Assembly (NCBI GenBank): GCA_051362555.1
Contig: CM120643.1
Coordinates: 25,672,848 to 25,736,847 of the forward strand
Direction: 5' to 3'
DNA: 64,000 nt
Origin: Lingula anatina
Lineage: Eukaryota > Animalia > Brachiopoda
Each line of letters opens with the position of its first letter. The stretch's first letter is position 1. Position numbers and translations under genes: made by a program. Below the pieces are notes generated by a model. The model did not search any database, had not been told where the DNA came from, and was given only the letters and a program-made list of their open reading frames with translations. Shown one piece after another: positions 50,150 through 63,870 of this stretch.

Positions 50150-51604
50150 AAAGGCGTGACATGACACTGGACTAACAACAATGGTGGCCTTTTTTGGGTT
50201 ATAATTATATAAGCCTCCAAACCAATCCTCAAAATGTGCAGATATCCGCACTGAGTATTACTCAATGTGTATTTGGTCCACTTTTGCATGAAGTCTAACC
50301 CATGTGCAATGAACCATGACAACATGACACTTCATCATTTTCTCAGCTACCCGAGCACCAAGTCATCAATAAATCTACAATGGGGACACTGCAAGAGAAA
50401 AAGGACTTCGTTCTCCACTCGATGTCCGAACAGTCTACATATTCTTTTTTCTAGAGGGTTTGCTTTATGAAATCATGGGTTCCAGTTCTAATTTTTGTCA
50501 GGTTTGGAGTTACTGGTTTGTTTAGGGTGCATCTGAAAATCCTTCGACTTCATATGTTCTCAGTTATCCATTTTCTCTATAAATTTGCAGTGGTGGCCAA
50601 AAGCTTTACACATTTCATTTCAATAGATCTGGAGGCTGCTTCTGTTTGGGGAAATGATGTTAGGTGAATTGTTTTTAACTTTTTTTATGTCACATTTAAA
50701 AACAATCAAATTTAAATAACACGTACATGGCGACGAAGTCAATTTTTGGCAAATTTTACTAATCTACTTTAGTGAAATGAAAAAGAAGGCAGTTTGGGTT
50801 CGAGATGTGAGATTTTGTATAATTTCTCATTTCTAAATCGGAACACATACAAATCTTAAACGCGTACGTTTACTACATGTGAAGGAAGAAAATTGCCACG
50901 GAAAAACGTTAGTGTCTAAACTCTCTTTTATCTGCAATTAAAAAAGAGACGTTTTCATTAATCCAATTGCTGACTTATCTGACGATGGCTTTGTGACATT
51001 TGTATCGGAAACGTGGATGAACACGTGAAGTACATATCCAGGCCCTACACATGTGCTTGTGTCCCGTGCCCCCAAGTAGATAACGTTGTGATATGCAAAT
51101 ATGGTCTGTACATACGTATATATATATGTGTAGCTTAATAAAAATAATGATAAATAGTATACAAAGCTAACTTCATCAATGCGTATAAAATTTTGGCGCC
51201 ATAAATTGCTGAAGATCCTGCAGTGGCTTGAAGGAGGTATTATCCTCAAACCAAATATAATTCATACTGCACTGCCTCGTTTTCGACAGCCTCCCTTATC
51301 TAAAAAAAGCTATCGAAAATCTGTGGAAACCCGGAAACCGAAAATAAAACAATATACTATGAAAAAGTTCCATTTCAAAATAACAAAAGTACTTGTAATA
51401 CCTATTATTAACCCTCATACACTTTTTCTCTCGTTCTTATACTTCACAGATGATTCTTAAAGGTAATCACATGCATTTAGTCGAGAGGGTACTGGTAGGG
51501 TTGTCGAAAACCTGATTGGCGTACATGGCTGACATACATAAATACGTTTGAAGGAAGCTGACTATACTGTGGTCGCTTTCCTAAATACAATGGAAATAGT
51601 TGAG

Positions 51605-51789
51605 ACCGGTGTGACAGGAATGGCAGTCCTATGAATGGGAGTCCGGGTCCCATATGATTGGTTCAGGTTGGGGTTAGTAGAAGTATTGAGATCAGTTTAT
51701 GAAACGGATGTCACATGTTTACAAAGTAACATGAAGTAATGGAGAACGGACTGCGGTTCCTATCGGACTACTGTTAATGTTACACCGGT
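51605..51789. mobile_element. Degenerate MITE-like inverted repeat
   Basis: accggtgtgacaggaatggcagtcc pairs with ggactactgttaatgttacaccggt. Confidence 0.45.
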
Positions 51790-52063
51790 AGACGTGCATC
51801 AGTTACAGAGTCTAAATATAATTAATTGTTATAACTGGTAATACGTTCATTTTACCTTTTATTTGCTCTTGTAAATTTGACTTCCACGGAATATTTTTCG
51901 AATTCCCAGCGACCCCGTAGCACGTAAGGGCTTGCTTGCGTTATCACTTCTAGTACTACTTTCGATCTCTGATAATATGAACCATATGTGATGACATCAC
52001 TGTGATATCAGCACTGTGTGCTAGCGTGATACAGGTGAAAGACGTGAAACTTCGTAGCTAGTA

Positions 52064-52165
52064 CAGGGGCGGATCCAGGATTATTTGAAGGAGGGGGGTT
52101 CAGGACCCCCTTTACCCCCTAGACCAGGACCCCCTGACCCCCCCCCCTCTCTAAATCCGCCACTG
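52064..52165. mobile_element. Small MITE with CAG termini and a 5-bp TSD
   Basis: caggggcggatccag...ctaaatccgccactg, flanked by TAGTA on both sides. Confidence 0.75.
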
Positions 52166-55100
52166 TAGTACGTGATCAACCCTGCCCGGAGACTCGATTT
52201 ACGTTTAAAATATTTACCGCTGACGTACCCGCTTGTTTTATCACATATTTGAAAAATATAAACTCCGATTACTCCTTACGTGCTCTAACCAATTACCTGT
52301 ATATATATAGGCCTATAGGGTCTGGGTTCTCTCGTTGTAGGATTTTCCAGGGGGATTCCCCGAGTAAACGAAAACGGCATTCCTTCGGTTAAACGGGTTT
52401 AAAAAGGTTAAATAATGATGTGGCACTCCTACAAAACCTTTTCAAAGGCGCCTTACACATTTCAATACTTCGTTACAGTTTGCAATCCGCTTTATTATAA
52501 GCTTGATGAATCGTGATATGGTGATAATGCATACGTAAATCACATACACAGCGTGATATAACAGCCTATTTGTAGCTGGCCCTGTTCGTTCATGTTATCT
52601 TTCACACTGCTGACCCGTATAGCCGTAAGGGTCTAAACCCTCTAAATCGACGTAAAAAACCAATGCTGTTCATCTCAGGCATCAAATTTTCTGCGAAATT
52701 TACCATGTAACACTCCCAATAATGTAGAAAACTACACAGAATGTGCCTTTTACACCCCCCTCCTCCCAGTTAGTGGTATTCAATAGTCACCGGTACATGT
52801 AGGTACAAAATAGCTGACCAAAGCAAACGTTGGCACAGCGTTGACCGAAGAGAGGGTCAAAATAGCTTGCCTATGCACATTTCACGCTATAAAACGTCGA
52901 GGTTATCCCTACGGTACTACATCAGCGTTATATGCGCCAGGACGAACAACGTAAGAACAGATCCACGTAGCTGGGGTTGTATGTAAGGTAAGGTGACTTT
53001 TGTCTTTTCCTTTTTTGGTAACCCGTTGTTCTGTTGTATTTCTTGGAATCTTGCCGCTCCCAGTTATAAAATACATATTTTTAGTGAGAAAACCTATTTA
53101 TTTATTGAGACTGGCATCAAAATAAATGCGGTTGTGTGATTATTACTCACAGGATTAAAATTTTCCATATTTTAAAAACTAGTTCCTACTCGCAATTCGC
53201 GATTAAACATAAGGGCCCATTGACGAGATTTGGGTCAAATAATAAGAAAGTCAGAAAAACGTGTAAAACATTGCACAAAACAAAACCAGTAGATGGATTT
53301 TTCAATGCTTTAATTTCCACATCCATTCATTTCTTTTTCAAACATCTCCTCATTACAATTCACAGTATTTAATACTTGGAAAAGTAACTTAATTGTGTGT
53401 TGTCCCAAACAGCAAAGATAGGCCTACCATACTCATTAATCCTGCAGGTGCATAAATTGATGAGTCATTCTCAATTCCTTGCTCAAGAGAAGCAAGCCCA
53501 GGCATGTCTGGAGGGAACAACACAAAATGCATATCAAATGCTGCAGTGAGCATCATCATCATATTCAACCCAAAAGATTATCAAACATATAATATTGGTG
53601 TTCTAAATATTGTATAATTACCATTTAAAACAATGGTTTTGTATTTAAAATTCTTCACATTCGCTCTTGCTCTCTCCCATTCATATTATTATTACTTTGT
53701 ACATTATTTACACTTTTAATTTACAAAACATTAACAAATAAAAATAAATCTTTTCCTCATGCATACAGTTCACATTCACACTAAAGTTGTCTAAAAGGCT
53801 AATTTAAAAATCTGCAGATTTGTTACAAACACCTGAGTAAAAGTTGGATAACATACCAATATAAATAACAGGATCTATTACAGAGGAATATAAAATACAA
53901 GTATCCACTGTTTTACAATAGCAAACTTGATCAATAAAAAAGAACCTCTTCATCACTTTTTCATGTAAGAGGTTTGCAAACAACTAAAAGAACACTCAAG
54001 AATAATTAAATACATTTGATAAACTTTTGGGTCTACTTGTTTTTCTCATGTCCTTCTTACTGGCAAAGTTGGGAAGTCTTTCACAGGGCTTACAGATCAG
54101 TTAATTCTGACTACCCCCTGATGGTTTTGAGGTATGACTAGATGTCTCCTTGCGAATATAACCCTATCCTATAATAGCAGATCTTTCACAATGATCTTTC
54201 AAGTCAAACTTGATCCAACCTTGACAAAGAGACATTTAGTCAGCAATGTCACTATCTGAGGCTCAGATTCAAGTTGTATCTGGCCTTTGGTATTTTTTTT
54301 ATAACTTTAGTTTTTTACAATTTTTTTTTCTTTCCTTAAAATGGAAAGGTTTTTTTTTCTATAATTAATATATTTAAATGCCTTACTCTTCATAAGATCC
54401 CTGTCACTGGTAAAATAATTATCTATAAAAATTAGAGTAGCAGTGACAGGGAACTAACGAGTTATTGAGGCTTTGTTGGTTGCCTGTCTTGTTGCTTTTT
54501 TGTTTGTTTTTCACTTGTTCACTTAACCTTATGTTACAAATAAGTTACATATTAAAAAAAGTTTAAAACTTAACATAGTCCATGTTACATGACAAAGTCG
54601 AGATTTCTTCTAAAGATAGCCTTTTGATGGTTAAGCAGGGCTCCTGTGAGCTTTGCATAGGCTACTTATCACATCTAAAAGATGGAATATTTATTTCTTA
54701 CATTCTTAAATGATGTTATGAGTTTGTGCAATGGTGACCTCTTCTTATTAATGGCTGTAAGCAAATTACACTAACTTAACAGACTTCATTGCACAAAGTA
54801 AAGAATATAATTGCACTCTTTGAGTAATGTTTAAAATGCATCAGCACTGTGGCTATCCACAAAGCACAATAAAGCTGGTATACTCACACTTAAACAACAG
54901 TTTTGTTTTTTTCGATTTTGTGATTTTTTTTTGTAACCATTTTAACCCTTTGAAGATATATCACTATGAATGAAATAATACATTCTTACGCAATCCACAA
55001 TCACTTACACAGTCATAACAACTCTGTACACTGTACATCTGATTCTGTTCAATGTTGCGGTGTTGTCACTGATAAGCTGAATGGAGTGACCATACAATGT

Positions 55101-55275
55101 TTTAGTACAGTCTTATCAGTGACCTCATTCCATCATTAAAGTGACATGTCCCATGTCAGTTTTATCACATCATATCATTCGGCGTCCTCAGATCCTGTGC
55201 ACTTGCTGCCCTCTGCCTTCAAAGAATCAAAGTCCAGTAATGAGGGTTACTGCAGCAACAGTTAAAGTCCTCTCC

Positions 55276-56010
55276 TCAATCCTCTTTCTGTTTTTTAAGT
55301 TTTTCACACTCCTTTCTGTAAAATGTCAGTTCTTTTTTCGTCTCACTGAGCTGTTTCTGTAGTCTTTCAACCTCCCTTTGCAAGTTGCCATTCTCCTCTT
55401 GAAGGCTCTGCCTTGTGTGAGAGCGCTTGGCGCGGCAGTTAGAGGCGTACCCGCGGTTTTTAAGGGTACGTCTCCTCTTCTTAGCTAGGGCAACGGTTTC
55501 TTTAGACAGTCCTTTAAGGCGACGGTTAAGCTCTGGGGTTGTCAGGCTCACCAGTTCTTCGTCGGTGAAGCCAAAGCTTGAATCACAGGAAATCAAGGAG
55601 GCAGGGGGTGATGAGGGAGCTTCTGATACACTAGAGAGAGTCTCTAAGAGAACGTTTAAAGCATCGTTAGGGTCGATAGCAGAACCCACGTCCTCACCTT
55701 CATTAATCATGTCGAAGAAGTCCAACTGGTCCACTGCAACGCCAGGAACTCGCACTGGGTCCTCGGGGGACGGTGGATCGCTTGCGCACGGGGCATCTGC
55801 AGGACTAAGCCAAAGAAAATCTTTCCTTGACAGTCCAGGTGTGTCGTCACTGCCGCTGATAATGTCACCGTCAGCGGTAATTAGGCCCTGAAGCGCAAGA
55901 ATCCCGTCGTCCGCGTCCGTGTTGAACTCCAGGGAGTCGCCCTGGGGCGGGACTGTCAGTTGACATGTCTCCTCCAACCATGTCGCATCCAACATAGCAC
56001 CGTTTTCCAT
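55276..56010 (-). CDS. MAF: Large Maf family bZIP transcription factor, intronless, 244 aa
   Basis: Extended homology region [20 protein letters not shown], basic region [19 protein letters not shown], and a leucine zipper with the Maf-type Tyr. The acidic N-terminus carries DFLWL and [11 protein letters not shown], resembling large-Maf EDLYW and LTPEDAVEALI. Confidence 0.9.
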   Translation of the reverse strand: MENGAMLDATWLEETCQLTVPPQGDSLEFNTDADDGILALQGLITADGDIISGSDDTPGLSRKDFLWLSPADAPCASDPPSPEDPVRVPGVAVDQLDFFDMINEGEDVGSAIDPNDALNVLLETLSSVSEAPSSPPASLISCDSSFGFTDEELVSLTTPELNRRLKGLSKETVALAKKRRRTLKNRGYASNCRAKRSHTRQSLQEENGNLQREVERLQKQLSETKKELTFYRKECEKLKKQKED

Positions 56011-56020
56011 TTTGTTTGGA

Positions 56021-56036
56021 AAAATGCTGACTCAGG
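56021..56036. promoter_or_regulatory. Maf recognition element (T-MARE-like) in the Maf 5'UTR
   Basis: AAAA-TGCTGACTCAG-G matches 11 of 13 positions of TGCTGACTCAGCA, has an AT-rich flank, and lies 15 nt upstream of the ATG. Confidence 0.6.
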
Positions 56037-56288
56037 TATCCCCTTGACTTAATGGCGGTCGGGATGTTGCTTCGTAAATCTGCCCAGCTTCTCGCCAAAT
56101 TTCTTGCGGGAAATCGGCTGTCTGCGTCTTAATGACGTTTTAGATATATCTAGCGTCATTCAAGACTGATATGCTGTTATGATCACTGCACAGATAGTGT
56201 GTAATGGCCAAAAGGGGAACACCACCTACACGCGACCGGCTTCTTCAAATGACAGGCAACAACAGAGGCTTGTGGGAAATGCCTTCTG

Positions 56289-56411
56289 TATTTATACCAG
56301 CTGTGACGTATGAATCCTAAAAATAGAAAATGACATATGATTAACCAATCACATATCGTCGTTTTCACGAGCACTCGAGCAAACTTAGACCGAGGCCCGG
56401 GAATTCCCCGG
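56289..56411 (-). promoter_or_regulatory. Putative Maf core promoter
   Basis: TATAAATA on the minus strand (56289-56296), CRE-like TGACGTA (~56304), CCAATCA (~56345) and kappaB-like GGGAATTCCCC (~56399). Confidence 0.5.
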
Positions 56412-57219
56412 TTGTCATGGCAGCATGCGGTCAGTTGCTAAATTTAGTGTAAACAGGCACCGCAATACAAGGGGAGTTTCCGTGCATAATGGCGATGCCG
56501 GCCGGCTCGAAAAACATTTTAAATGCTATTTAAAACAAGCTTTGTCGTACGTTATGTCCGACACACAAAAATTTCAGTCAAGTGTCAGCTATTTTCAGTA
56601 CTTTACAAACCTTAAAAATGTTGATATCCTGTGAAAAATCGAATAATGTTAAATTAGTCGATCTAGTGCATATATATATCGTTCGTTAACGTCACACAAT
56701 ATTCGTCCTCTGCAGTGCGCATCATTTTCCAGTTTCCTACTTTCATGTTGCAGGCTTATCAAACTTTTGAATCCATTTGAAATAACATATATATCAACTT
56801 GATCAAGTTTTTGTCAATCCTGATCAGTTCGTGCTCTTACATCACTATCGATTTAAAGGTATAAGCATAGATCTAGAGACGATGAAGTAGCAAGCTTGGT
56901 AAAATGTGCAAACGTTTATATTACTAAAACATTCGAGAAGGATCTAGAAGGATCCAGACGTTTTCTATACGTAGTACTATGTTCGTACAAATGCTGTTGA
57001 TTGGTCAGATTTTGGAGTTGAAACTGATGCAATGCCGGTGTAAGACTCATCATCAGGAATAAGGTAACGAGTCCTGACACCTAGCGGGGGTTTTTGAAGT
57101 CTATAGCAACTGTTGTGTGATTTTAAATATATATTGTTGGAGGTTGATCATGTACATTGATTGCATACCCAAGAATCTTGATTGATAAAATCATTAATTT
57201 TTTATTATTTCATAGATAA

Positions 57220-57220
<1 letters not shown>

Positions 57221-57272
<52 letters not shown>
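57221..57272. repeat. Poly(A) tract (~52 nt)
   Basis: Homopolymer run. Confidence 0.9.
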
Positions 57273-57274
<2 letters not shown>

Positions 57275-57344
57275 AGCACTGTGTGTGATATGAAAAATAC
57301 AACAAATTGAAACTTGGACATAATAACATGATTGAAATGAACGA

Positions 57345-57503
57345 GGGCGTCTCGATAGTCCGAAGGTTCATTGGTCCGAATTAAGGTTCATTGGTCCGAA
57401 AAGTGGTAACATTTTCATTGATTTTTTAATCAAGGGTTCATTGGTCTGAAGGTTCTATAGTGAACATTCGGCCTATTGAACCTTCGGACTATTGCTACGG
57501 CCC
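57345..57503. mobile_element. MITE with tccgaaggttc sub-repeats
   Basis: atagtccgaaggttca pairs with tgaaccttcggactat; GGG...CCC termini and a possible TSD CGA. Confidence 0.55.
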
Positions 57504-58903
57504 CGAAATGAACTACAGTAGTCGAGTTTCACCATACCTTACCAGTTCAAATGGTGTCATATCTTGCTGTTACTCCCCCAAGCAAAATTATAGGCCTATT
57601 AATTATTTTCTTCTTCAATACATCCTGCACAGTTCTCATCATATTTTTAAATAATTCTTTGAAAAGTTGGTCACTTTTGGGTCTTGGTATTTGCACTGGG
57701 TTTAAAAAATTAGAATTATGTTTTAAATGTCACTTTCGTTCTAAAAAGGGAGTAGTGCTGTGGATAGATAAAGGGACGTAACCTTATAAATAATAATAAT
57801 TTGTTAGTTTCTAAATAAATTTATTTTGTTTCTCCTTCACTATATACATGTAATGAAACAAGGTTATAACTGATAAGAAATTTACAATGTAAAAAAAACC
57901 CTGATGATCTATAAATTATGAATAAATCATTAGAATTTTCAGAATAATACATATATGTACACACAGATGTATAAATGGAAGACAAACTGCATAAATTATA
58001 AATGCAAAATCTGGTTCAGGAGTGCCTCTTTAACAGACAAGTAACTTCACAAAGTCTTGTTCATCAGAAAAAATACTTTAGTCACATACAGTTGTAATAT
58101 GTTTATACATATTACAGTTAACAAACACATTACCCACTAGAAATTAACATAACATCAAAAACTTACATTTAATTTTAATTTATATATCCATCTTTGGTAT
58201 AAACCAATTTAATACTCAGATTTGCTAAAACATTTAAATGAGGCTGACATTGATTAAAACAATTTAAAATATTTGAGTCAGGTTGGAACAATAACTATAG
58301 TGTAAAGCTAATCTATCCCTGCTTTCATATGATCATATTATGCCACATAATAATAAACAAATATCAATTTGACCATATCTTATCAAAGAGGGCAACACAA
58401 AGTATCTTCAGTGATTATTCATTAACTTGAACTTATGATAAGGAGTGGAGGGGGGGGGGTCATTAAAATAACAAGGTATGAAAACAAAACAATATAAAAC
58501 CAGAAATATTACAAATAAGAAATTAGTCAGCTAAAGGTGACACATGCGCACCCCAGTCCACATCCTTAACGGGAAAAAGTTTGACAAAGAACAAAGCTGC
58601 AGTACAGGTAACTGAATTCCTGATAAGAATTTAAAAACAATAATAATGAAAAAGTACAACTTTTGGACAACTACAATGATCTTTTATTTTTATCAAAGAA
58701 ACCAAACTTAAAGTATTCAACAAAAGGTTTAAATAACATTTTTAATGAACATAACAAAATTCAAAAACAAGCATAGTCCTTTATTTTCAGAGATTATGAA
58801 ATACTATATTGCTAAAGTTTTTAAAAAACAAAATTTATCTGGACTTAATTTAGAGGCTTAAGACGCATGCTTTACTTAAAAAAATTAGTAATTTTGGACT
58901 TTG

Positions 58904-61900
58904 TCATGTTCCTCGGCATGATTTACAACAGGTAGCACTATAATATTTCTTACTGCAGTAATGATGGAGTGGAACAAGATAACACCACTTATACTCATCT
59001 TCACAGGGCTCTGAAAAAAAAAAGAAGAATTCAAATCATTGCCGAATTTTTATAATCATAACAACAATAGCAAGAAGTACACCCATTCATTTTTTATTAT
59101 CTACTGTGAAGTAATTATAAGTGAATTTTGAGATTTCATTGTCCAATTTTAGAAACACAAATGTTAATGCATGAATGAATGAATCAAGCAATCAAAACTT
59201 AATTAACAAAATATAACTTAACAGCATGAATTTCTGAGTCAAAAACAAATAAAGAAATAAAAAGTAAAATAAAATTAAGCAAAGAATGATCAGATTTATT
59301 AAAATGAGTTCAACATATAACCAAAGAATAAATCTTAAAAACATACTAGGTGTTGGGCAAGCTTGAAGATTACATGTCTGGGAGGTAGTTGGTTTGAAAG
59401 ACTGTTCACAGTTAATGGTCACTTCATTTTCCTTTTCTCCATTCTCTCCTAAACACTTGACAAACCTGGTCTGTTCTCCCTCACCACATGACACTGAACA
59501 CTGAAACAAAGAGACACCTGTTTGTTGTAGTTCAATAGTCAGGATAAATAAAAACGTGGAAAAATGCTGTACTGCTGTGCCAGTAGATGGGTATAGTGTG
59601 GCAGATTGGCATACTGTATTTAATGGGTACTTATACATACAAATTTAAACACATTATAAATGGCTTGTTTCCTTTCAAAGGAATATTACGATAAAATATG
59701 ATGAAATATGTAATTAAAATTTCAATTTATTAATTACCTAGATATCTAGGTTACTGGCTTAACCAAGAAAGGACGCAAACAATGCCCTAGACTTAACATG
59801 GAACAACTAGAGGACCAGAGAGGTACTACCACCTTTTGGGTTTGCACCACCAGCCCTAAAGCGAGATAATTGAACATGGTGTACCTGTGACCAGGGAGAG
59901 GCGTACCACTTCCCCTTCACAGAGCACTGCTTTCCTGTGTCACATTCCTTCATCAGCGACACTACTGGTCTTGGCACACTGGCGCAGCGCTTGTCATCCA
60001 CCATATTGTTTTCTATGAAACAGCGGAGGTAGCGCCTTTGCTGTCCCCTCCCACATTTGACTGAACACTGAAATTAATTGCAGAAGAAAATATGAAGAAT
60101 GAAACAAAAAAGACTAATCAGTCTGATATAATTAAGATTTTGTGTTAGTTAAAAACTTAACATACCGAAGATTTTCCTTGCTTGTTCGTGTCTAACCACG
60201 TTGTAGGTAAAATATAATATGGAATCACATAAATGTGTACTATCAGCAGAAATGGCATAATAACAAACTATTATCATGCACAAAGGCAGAATGTGGTCTA
60301 GGTGTAACTTGAAGAAATAGTTTTCCTGGACTTGAAAACAGGTTTACTGACTGTAATTTTCTCAATGGTTTTCAGGTATAACTTGGTTTGAGATATGTAA
60401 CTTGGTGATAAATGGAAAATTGCTTCCATTTCCAGGAAAAATAATTTAGTTTACATACAGAGGTCTAACATGCAGTGTAAACATTTACGTGATTAAATCT
60501 CCTATAGTATCTAGATGGGCCTGGTTCCATTAAGGCTGGATAGTCGTATCTTGTAAAAGCACACAGGATTTACTGCCAAACCAAGCAGGTTCACCATTTT
60601 TACCAGCAGGATAGGAGATCTATCCCATCTCTTTGGACTGGACAACTTCATCCTCTGGATAACCCGATTTAACCTCTGGACAAGGCTATCCACTGCTGAT
60701 GAAAAAGTTGTCCTCCAAATAAACTATCCAGATTATCCTAATTTTTAACCACTAGGCAGCACTATATCCAGCCTTGATGGATCCTGGCTGTACAGGCAAA
60801 CTTACCAGTGTCCATTTCCCTACTGACCACCGTGGTCTAATGCATGCCTGCTGATAACACGTGGTCGTAGAGTTGGGCCTCTTCTGAAACTGACACAGGG
60901 TGTCTGGCCACTTGGTGTCCCCCTTGGGACTCAGGCTTCTACACTCGATGGTTCTCGTCCTGACCCCCTCACCACAAGTTGTAGAGCACTGGAATCATAT
61001 TTGTTTATAACTTTGTTAACTTGTGAGACAAAGGTGGGAGGTTTTATAATGATAATACTGGTATTTACACTGTGATTGTCACTTTCTTTGTATATTTGTA
61101 AATAGATAGAGTCAGCATCCCTTTCTTCCATTTTCTGAATCAAAATGTCATATTCAGGCCTCCTGCTCCAATTTCTCAAAGAGGGAGAAAATACAAATCA
61201 TATAAAAGGCTAATAAAAACATGTTTCACATACTTCAGAATTCAGCAAGTATTCTTTTTTTCTTCCTATTTTCTCTTTCTTTCTTTATCAGTGTTATTAT
61301 TTTTTCTTGAACATTGGAGTAGTTAGGATTAAGAAAAGGCTGGTCCTAGCTGATTCCTTCCCTCTTTGTAATTTTGATACTCTGTATTTACCCATGATTT
61401 TAAAACTGCATTTGTGCTATAGTGAATAACATGAGAGAGAGAGAGAGAGGAGGGGGTGACATACTTCTGACCAGCTCCCTGTCTGCCACATTGGTGGACA
61501 GTGATGGACATTACACTGTTGCCTTCTGTGAGGCCTCACACCTTGGCAGTGGTGACCCTTGACCCTGACATCATTTGACCTTGACCTCATTTGCATACAC
61601 ATGACACGCCTCTTTTGATGCCCTCCTCCACAACTGGCACTGCAGTCTCCCCAGGGTTCTGTCTCCCACCTGTTTGGTAATTGAAAACAACAGCTTAGAA
61701 TACTATTCCAAGTGTATATCAAAGTCCATAAAATCTTTTTTTTACCATGCTTTTAAGACATGTCATAGAAAAGTTGCTGACAGAAGTAATAGAAGACATG
61801 ATTTTAGAAAAATTTAAAACAAATTTACAAACCAACAAAGTATGATACACTGTAGTATACAAAAAAGGCTAGTATACAATATTTTTTTACCAATAACAGA

Positions 61901-63447
61901 AGAAATGTGACATACAACAATTATTAAATTTTTTATTTAACACAACATGAATATTTCAGTCAGCCAGAATTACCTAGCAGGGCATGGCTGCTGGTTGCAT
62001 GGTTTCAGGCCAACAACTGGTTTACTGCTCTGTTCACAGAGATCTTCACTGACAGTAGTCTGGCCATCTCTCACACAAACTGCTGAGACAACCTGCTCTC
62101 CTGTATTAACAAGTCATAAAATATATATATATATATATAACAGGCCTTATCACCTACTCTCCTATATTAATACGTAACAGACATGACAGGCCTTATTACT
62201 CTTTTCACAGTCAATCTTTTTCTCAGATCTACATGATTATGAGCCTATAAAGCAAACTTGCAACCTAATGCTTCCTTGTTTAGAAATATTATTTCAATTG
62301 AAGTGTTTGACATGAACATTACTTAAGCTTTAACTTGTTATTTTTATTTGTTACATACTTCAAATAGTAAAATAATACCTCTTTTGGCCAATGTGTCACT
62401 GAATTTACAAAACTTATGTTGACAATAAATATTCAGTATATCAACCAAAATCAAAATCTGGATTTATGCTGGAATGAACCAACGAGATCCCTGACATAGA
62501 TAGAGATTTTTGCCTATATCATAAGCCTGAGTAACAAGAATTCAGGAAATGTAAAGATTGCTCTATATCAGGGGTTCAAAAGGGGGGGGTCAATACCCAA
62601 GCATCCTGATTTACAGATAAATCTGAATGGCTTTTGTATCTTATGCGAAAATAGCACCTACCTCCAGCACAAGTGCGAGAACATGGTGCTGTCTCCACTC
62701 TCCAGCTGTACCCTGTGGAGGTCTGGATGTTGTTATTGTGAACCTCAGGAAGTCGGGAGGCCAGTGGTGACCTATACTGCCACTTCACACCAGGATTGGG
62801 GCCTCTGATCATCACCTGGAGTGGAAAAGTTTGGATATTACACATGTATTGTCTGTTTAAAAACTACAGTTGAATTAATTTGTAGCAATTTTTACATCTT
62901 ATTGTGCATGATTCTTTAAATTTACACTGTTTTCCAGTAATCTGTTGATTTCATATCTATTTCTGCTGCAAATAATCATTTAAAATCCTGTCCAATTTTC
63001 ATAATAAGATTGAAAAGCAGGAGGTGAAGGGTTTCCATTGTTTTTATAACTCCATGTACCAGGAGTCAAGGGCAATACTGACAAATGAGACATGAAAGAA
63101 TTCTACAATAGTGTATTATTTGCATCATGGTATATTTCCCAACATTTATGTATCTAAGCTGCAAAGAAAAAAGAAAAAAATTATTCATTATATTTTCCTC
63201 ACCATAATGACCAAATCCTCAGTGATGGGCCCTTTAGCCTCTAATCTCTCAGGATCTTTGAAAGACCTGCTGTAACTGAAGGTGGTGCCACCAAACTGAT
63301 AGTTTCGAGACCACTGGATCTGCCAATCCCCATTGAGGTAGTACTTGCCGCGAAGGTTACGCACAGCTAAAAAACTGGCTGAGATCTGCAGCATATGAAT
63401 CTCTATTTCCATTGAGCCTTTGGGGATTTTGGTCACAAAATGGTAGG
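58904..63447 (-). CDS. ADAMTS18: ADAMTS16/18-like metalloprotease, 3' exons (spacer, five TSP1 repeats, PLAC); 5' part lies beyond the window
   Basis: Exons 63203-63447, 62662-62815, 61974-62100, 61465-61669, 60806-60988, 59885-60067, 59347-59500, 58904-59010, with consistent phases. The spacer SFLAVRNLRGKYYLNGDW...RSFKDPERLEAKGP...GPNPGVKW, the last TSR WYASPWSQCSVSCG and the PLAC CEDEYKWCYLVPLHHYCSKKYYSATCCKSC resemble vertebrate ADAMTS16/18 (WC[YH]LVPQH). Best read as the pre-duplication ADAMTS16/18 orthologue. Confidence 0.85.
60518..60789. mobile_element. Degenerate MITE-like element in an ADAMTS intron
   Basis: ccattaaggctggata pairs with tatccagccttgatgg; internal ggata/tatcc sub-repeats. 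Confidence 0.5.
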
Positions 63448-63699
63448 CTGAGGGAGAAAAATTAGTTGTTGAATAAGATTTACCTTAGGTAAACATAGAT
63501 GCATAGTTTTTTATATAAATTTAAAAAAAAAAAAAAAACACAAGATATGTAGTTTAAATCTTCAAAATTTCTATTCGGATTTTGGGACCTAAAGGACAAA
63601 CGTCTGAGTTTCATGTCCTGACTTGACCTAGTTAGGTGTTAGCATATTTAGGGCAACTTGACATTGAAAGTAATTGAAGTGGAGACAATTGACATTTGG

Positions 63700-63870
63700 C
63701 AGTGTGCTACATATGATAGCAATGTGTTAGATGTGGCATGGCACTGTTAGATGTGACACAGTGTGCTAGATGTGACAGAAATGTGTTAGATGTGACAGAG
63801 ACTTGTATGGCATGGTATTGTTAGATGTGGCATAGTGTGTTAGATGTGAAACAGTATGTTAGACAGAAAT
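63700..63870. repeat. Minisatellite, ~20-bp unit (gtgttagatgtg(g/a)ca)
   Basis: About 8 degenerate copies. Confidence 0.8.

Noticed and set aside
55427-55891. 154-aa ORF antisense to Maf
   Set aside because: It has a non-ATG start and no domain; it is a shadow of the GC-richer Maf CDS.
57221-57272. Poly(A) run as the tail of a retrocopy or SINE
   Set aside because: No TSD or recognisable retroelement body lies next to it, and similar homopolymers occur throughout the window.
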